The notes below the pieces were generated by a model. The model ran no database searches, was not told the DNA's origin, and saw nothing but the letters and a program-made list of their open reading frames with translations. A program made the position numbers and the translations under genes. DNA of 64,000 nt, from positions 12,046 to 76,045 of the forward strand of contig CAYFWJ010000001.1 of NCBI GenBank assembly GCA_964346755.1, given 5' to 3'. This DNA comes from an uncultured Ectothiorhodospiraceae bacterium (lineage in GTDB: Bacteria > Pseudomonadota > Gammaproteobacteria > CAYFWJ01). Positions 61,326 through 64,000 of this stretch are shown here, in pieces (positions within the stretch are counted from its first letter, which is position 1; each line of letters begins with the position of its first letter).

Positions 61326-62066
61326 GTGGGATCGTCTCGACCGGTACGGTGGCCCGTGTTCGACGCCCTGCTGCGTCAGGGGCTGCATGGGGCACTCGAG
61401 ACGCTCCTCCCCCGGGTCTGTGTCTTATGTGAGTCACGGCTCGGCGGTCCGGTTGCGGCCGAACCTGCCCCCCGGCTGTGCCCGGGGTGTCGCGGCGATC
61501 TGTCCGCACTGCCGACCCTCCAGCGCTCCTCCGGGGCTAGCGCTCGCCCCATTGATGCGTTCTGGGCGGCCTTCCCCTACCGCCAACCGGTCAGCTACCT
61601 GGTTCAGCGCCTCAAGTATTCCCGCGATCGCGTCGCCGGCCAGGTCCTCGCCCAACTCGTCCAAGAGCGTGTGGCCGAGTGGCTGGAGGCAGCGGCTCCG
61701 GAGGCGATCTTGCCAATCCCCTTGCATCCTCGGCGCTTGCGTCATCGGGGCTTCAACCAGGCTGCGGTCTTGGCCAATCATCTGGCCATCGGGTCGGGTT
61801 GTCCGCTGGATACCGCTCGGCTTCGCCGCGTCCGTGCCACCCGAGCGCAGACCGAGCTCGATCTCGAGGCCCGGCGCCGCAATGTTCGCGGCGCCTTTCG
61901 GGCTGTCGACGGGAGGCCCTACCGGCGTGTGGTGCTCGTCGACGATGTCATGACCACGGGTGCGACGAGCGAGGCCGCTGCCCGGGCCCTGCGCGCGGTC
62001 GGCGTCGAGTGGATCGCCGTGGTCGCGGCGAGCGACGCCGATCCCACCTACCACCAGCGTTCGTAA
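61326..62066 (+). CDS. comF: ComF-family protein (competence-associated phosphoribosyltransferase-domain protein)
   Basis: N-terminal double CxxC zinc finger (CVLCESRL...CPGCRGDL) and C-terminal PRTase motif VVLVDDVMTTGAT. Start uncertain; candidates are GTG 61326 and 61356. Confidence 0.65.
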   Translation: MGSSRPVRWPVFDALLRQGLHGALETLLPRVCVLCESRLGGPVAAEPAPRLCPGCRGDLSALPTLQRSSGASARPIDAFWAAFPYRQPVSYLVQRLKYSRDRVAGQVLAQLVQERVAEWLEAAAPEAILPIPLHPRRLRHRGFNQAAVLANHLAIGSGCPLDTARLRRVRATRAQTELDLEARRRNVRGAFRAVDGRPYRRVVLVDDVMTTGATSEAAARALRAVGVEWIAVVAASDADPTYHQRS

Positions 62067-62752
62067 CGGATCCGCTCGGCTGGGAATCCCCGCGCCTGCA
62101 GACCCGCGTACACCCCTTCGACGAGTCCCCCCGGGCCGCACAGGAAGGTGATCGCTGCAGGGTCCGGGTCGAGGGCGTCCAGACTCGACGCATCGACCCG
62201 CCCTTGGGGCCCGGTCCAATCGGGGCTCGGTTGGGTAAGCTGGATGCGAACCGAACCAGGCCCCGATGTCGCGGCAGCCCCGAGCAATTCCTCGCGAAAG
62301 GGGATCTCCGATTCGTCCTGTGTCGTGTACAAAAAATCCACCCGGGTGTTCTTCGGATGATGGCGCCGGAGCGAGCGCCAAATGCTCATCAGCGGGGTGA
62401 TCCCGATGCCTCCGCCGACGAGGAGCACGGAGTCCCCCAATTCGGGGGTGTAGCAGAACGCCCCTTGGCCTGCCGAGAGTGCGACGCGGTCCCCGGGGCG
62501 GGCCGCGGTGCACAGATGGCGAGTCACTGGGTGATTCGCCGAATAGCGGATGGCGAGCTCCAAACGGGGCAGCTCGTCGGGAACGGAGGTGAGGGAGTAA
62601 CCGCCCACCTGGGGGGTTCCCTCGATGTCGACAAAGCAGTCCACCCATTGACCAGGCCGGAATCCAAAGCCCGATTGCAGGACCTCCAGTTCCAAGCGCG
62701 TGATGGTGGGCGTGACCGACTCGACGGTGCGGATCTCGGCGGGAAACGGCAC
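62048..62752 (-). CDS. FAD-binding FNR-type oxidoreductase (ferredoxin-NADP reductase-like FAD + NAD(P) domains)
   Basis: RxYS FAD motif (LAIRYSANHPVTRHL), GGIGITP NAD(P)-binding motif; 234 aa. Confidence 0.65.
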   Translation of the reverse strand: MPFPAEIRTVESVTPTITRLELEVLQSGFGFRPGQWVDCFVDIEGTPQVGGYSLTSVPDELPRLELAIRYSANHPVTRHLCTAARPGDRVALSAGQGAFCYTPELGDSVLLVGGGIGITPLMSIWRSLRRHHPKNTRVDFLYTTQDESEIPFREELLGAAATSGPGSVRIQLTQPSPDWTGPQGRVDASSLDALDPDPAAITFLCGPGGLVEGVYAGLQARGFPAERIRYERWW

Positions 62753-62825
62753 GGTTTAACCTCAGATGACGTGAATAGCCCCGCTTGGGCGAGCGGGCCC
62801 CGTGGGCAGGCGCGGCCGGGTCGGT

Positions 62826-63725
62826 TTAGGCGCCGCCCGAGTCCCACGCCGCGCGTACGTCCTGGTACAGGGTCTCATCCTGGGTTGTCGCCCCGCGGAT
62901 GCCGCAGATCGCACTCGCCAGGCTCTGGGCGCGCTCCACCATCAGGGCGTAGGGCCACCCCTCGGCGAGCCCCAGCAGACAGGTGGCGGCGAAGGCATCC
63001 CCCGCGCCGACGGCATCGACCAGCGTCATGGGACCCGGTTTCGCCTGATGGACGGTGCCGTCGGCGGCGGTCACCGTGGCGCCTGCTTCGCCCCGGGTGA
63101 CGATGATCCCGGTCAGCTCGAAGCGGCGTCGCAATTCGCTCACCTGCTCGTCCGGCGTTCCAGCCGCCAAGGGCACCGCCGCGGCGAGTTCGCCCAACTC
63201 ATCGCCGTTCAGTTTCAACCAGGAGGCCCCGTTTAGGGTCTCGACGAGCCAGTCCGGCGTCCACCAGGGCGCGCGCAGATTCAAATCGACGAAGATACGG
63301 ATCCCGGAACCGCCACGCAAGCGACGCAAGGCCTCCCGGGAGGGCTCCGAGCGCCCCGCTAAGGTCCCGTGATATAACCACCCGATCCCGGCGTCCAGCG
63401 GCAGATGGTTGGTGTCGATGTGATCGTAGGCCTGATCCGGGCGGATCGCATAGGTGGGTTGGCCCTTTTCGAGCTCGATATCCACCCGGCCGGTCGGGGC
63501 GGCCGGTTCCCACTGGAGTCCACGGCGATCCAGGCCCCAGGCATCCATCGCCTCGGCAACCTGCTCACCCTGAGGGTCGTTGCCGACCCGGCTGACCAGC
63601 AGGGGATCCGCCCCGAGTCCACGCAGATGCCAGGCGACATTGAATGGGGCCCCGCCGAGCACGGCCTGCCCGTCGGGGAAGTGATCGAACAGGACCTCGC
63701 CGAAGATCGTGATGGGTGTGTTCAT
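62826..63725 (-). CDS. PfkB-family carbohydrate kinase (fructokinase-like)
   Basis: N-terminal GEVLFD...GGAPFNVA and C-terminal DAVGAGDAF PfkB signature 2. Confidence 0.75.
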   Translation of the reverse strand: MNTPITIFGEVLFDHFPDGQAVLGGAPFNVAWHLRGLGADPLLVSRVGNDPQGEQVAEAMDAWGLDRRGLQWEPAAPTGRVDIELEKGQPTYAIRPDQAYDHIDTNHLPLDAGIGWLYHGTLAGRSEPSREALRRLRGGSGIRIFVDLNLRAPWWTPDWLVETLNGASWLKLNGDELGELAAAVPLAAGTPDEQVSELRRRFELTGIIVTRGEAGATVTAADGTVHQAKPGPMTLVDAVGAGDAFAATCLLGLAEGWPYALMVERAQSLASAICGIRGATTQDETLYQDVRAAWDSGGA

Positions 63726-63858
63726 AGGCCTCGCTCCGGGGTGACGTCGGAGGGCTGGGGTGCCCGGTTCAATTGCACGATGTTTTGGATCGCGAGGGGT
63801 TCAACGCGACTGTACCATGCCGTGGACCGGCCCTTGTCACTCGCCCCGTGCCTCACGG

Positions 63859-64000
63859 ATTGTCGGTGTCGACCGGGACCCACTCATGTCGGGCGGTGAG
63901 GTCCCGGGCGAGCAGCATCCGGCCCGGGCCGACACCGCCGGTCACGTCCAATCGACTGATATCGAGCCACCGCCCGGCCACGGGATGCAGGCGTCTCGTC
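63859..64000 (-). CDS. C-terminal fragment of an unidentified CDS running off the window
   Basis: Open frame on the minus strand ending at TGA 63859-63861 (…LDISRLDVTGGVGPGRMLLARDLTARHEWVPVDTDNP*); codon pattern is consistent but no recognisable motif. Confidence 0.25.

Overview
This is a high-GC (~65-68%) gammaproteobacterial chromosomal window, with Pseudomonas-like synteny, made almost entirely of core housekeeping genes. Genes run: the hpf-rpoN-lptBAC-kdsCD operon; an SDR epimerase; a Nudix-ThiE fusion; argJ; secA; an M23 peptidase; then lpxC and a complete dcw cluster (ftsZ-ftsA-ftsQ-murB-murC-murG-ftsW-murD-mraY-murE-ftsI-ftsL-rsmH-mraZ). An AT-rich Pmra region with MraZ-box-like repeats follows, then about 825 bp of GC-rich non-coding sequence. 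Next come an RNase P RNA (rnpB), rsmI, an FHA/degenerate-EAL protein, tRNA-Val, thrS-infC-rpmI-rplT-pheS-pheT-ihfA, a MerR regulator and tRNA-Pro. The rest is recD, nth, a two-TM sensor-like protein, metXW, yggU-yggT-proC-yggS, three tandem PilT-family retraction ATPases (pilT, pilU, a third PilU-like), yqhA, a small methyltransferase, purEK, a REC-REC-GGDEF regulator, bioBF, comF, an FAD oxidoreductase and a PfkB kinase. I found no CRISPR array, transposase, integrase or obvious mobile element. The observations most worth a second look are: (i) the dcw cluster lacks murF and ddl at their conserved positions; (ii) an FHA protein with a degenerate (HRM instead of EAL) c-di-GMP-phosphodiesterase-like domain lies near the triple pilT/pilU array; (iii) a long GC-rich non-coding stretch between Pmra and rnpB; and (iv) a transmitter-less periplasmic sensor-like protein. 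The six-frame track counts GTG and TTG as starts, so many listed ORFs carry N-terminal extensions. I trimmed starts using homology-consistent positions and the ATGA-type overlaps that recur between adjacent genes.
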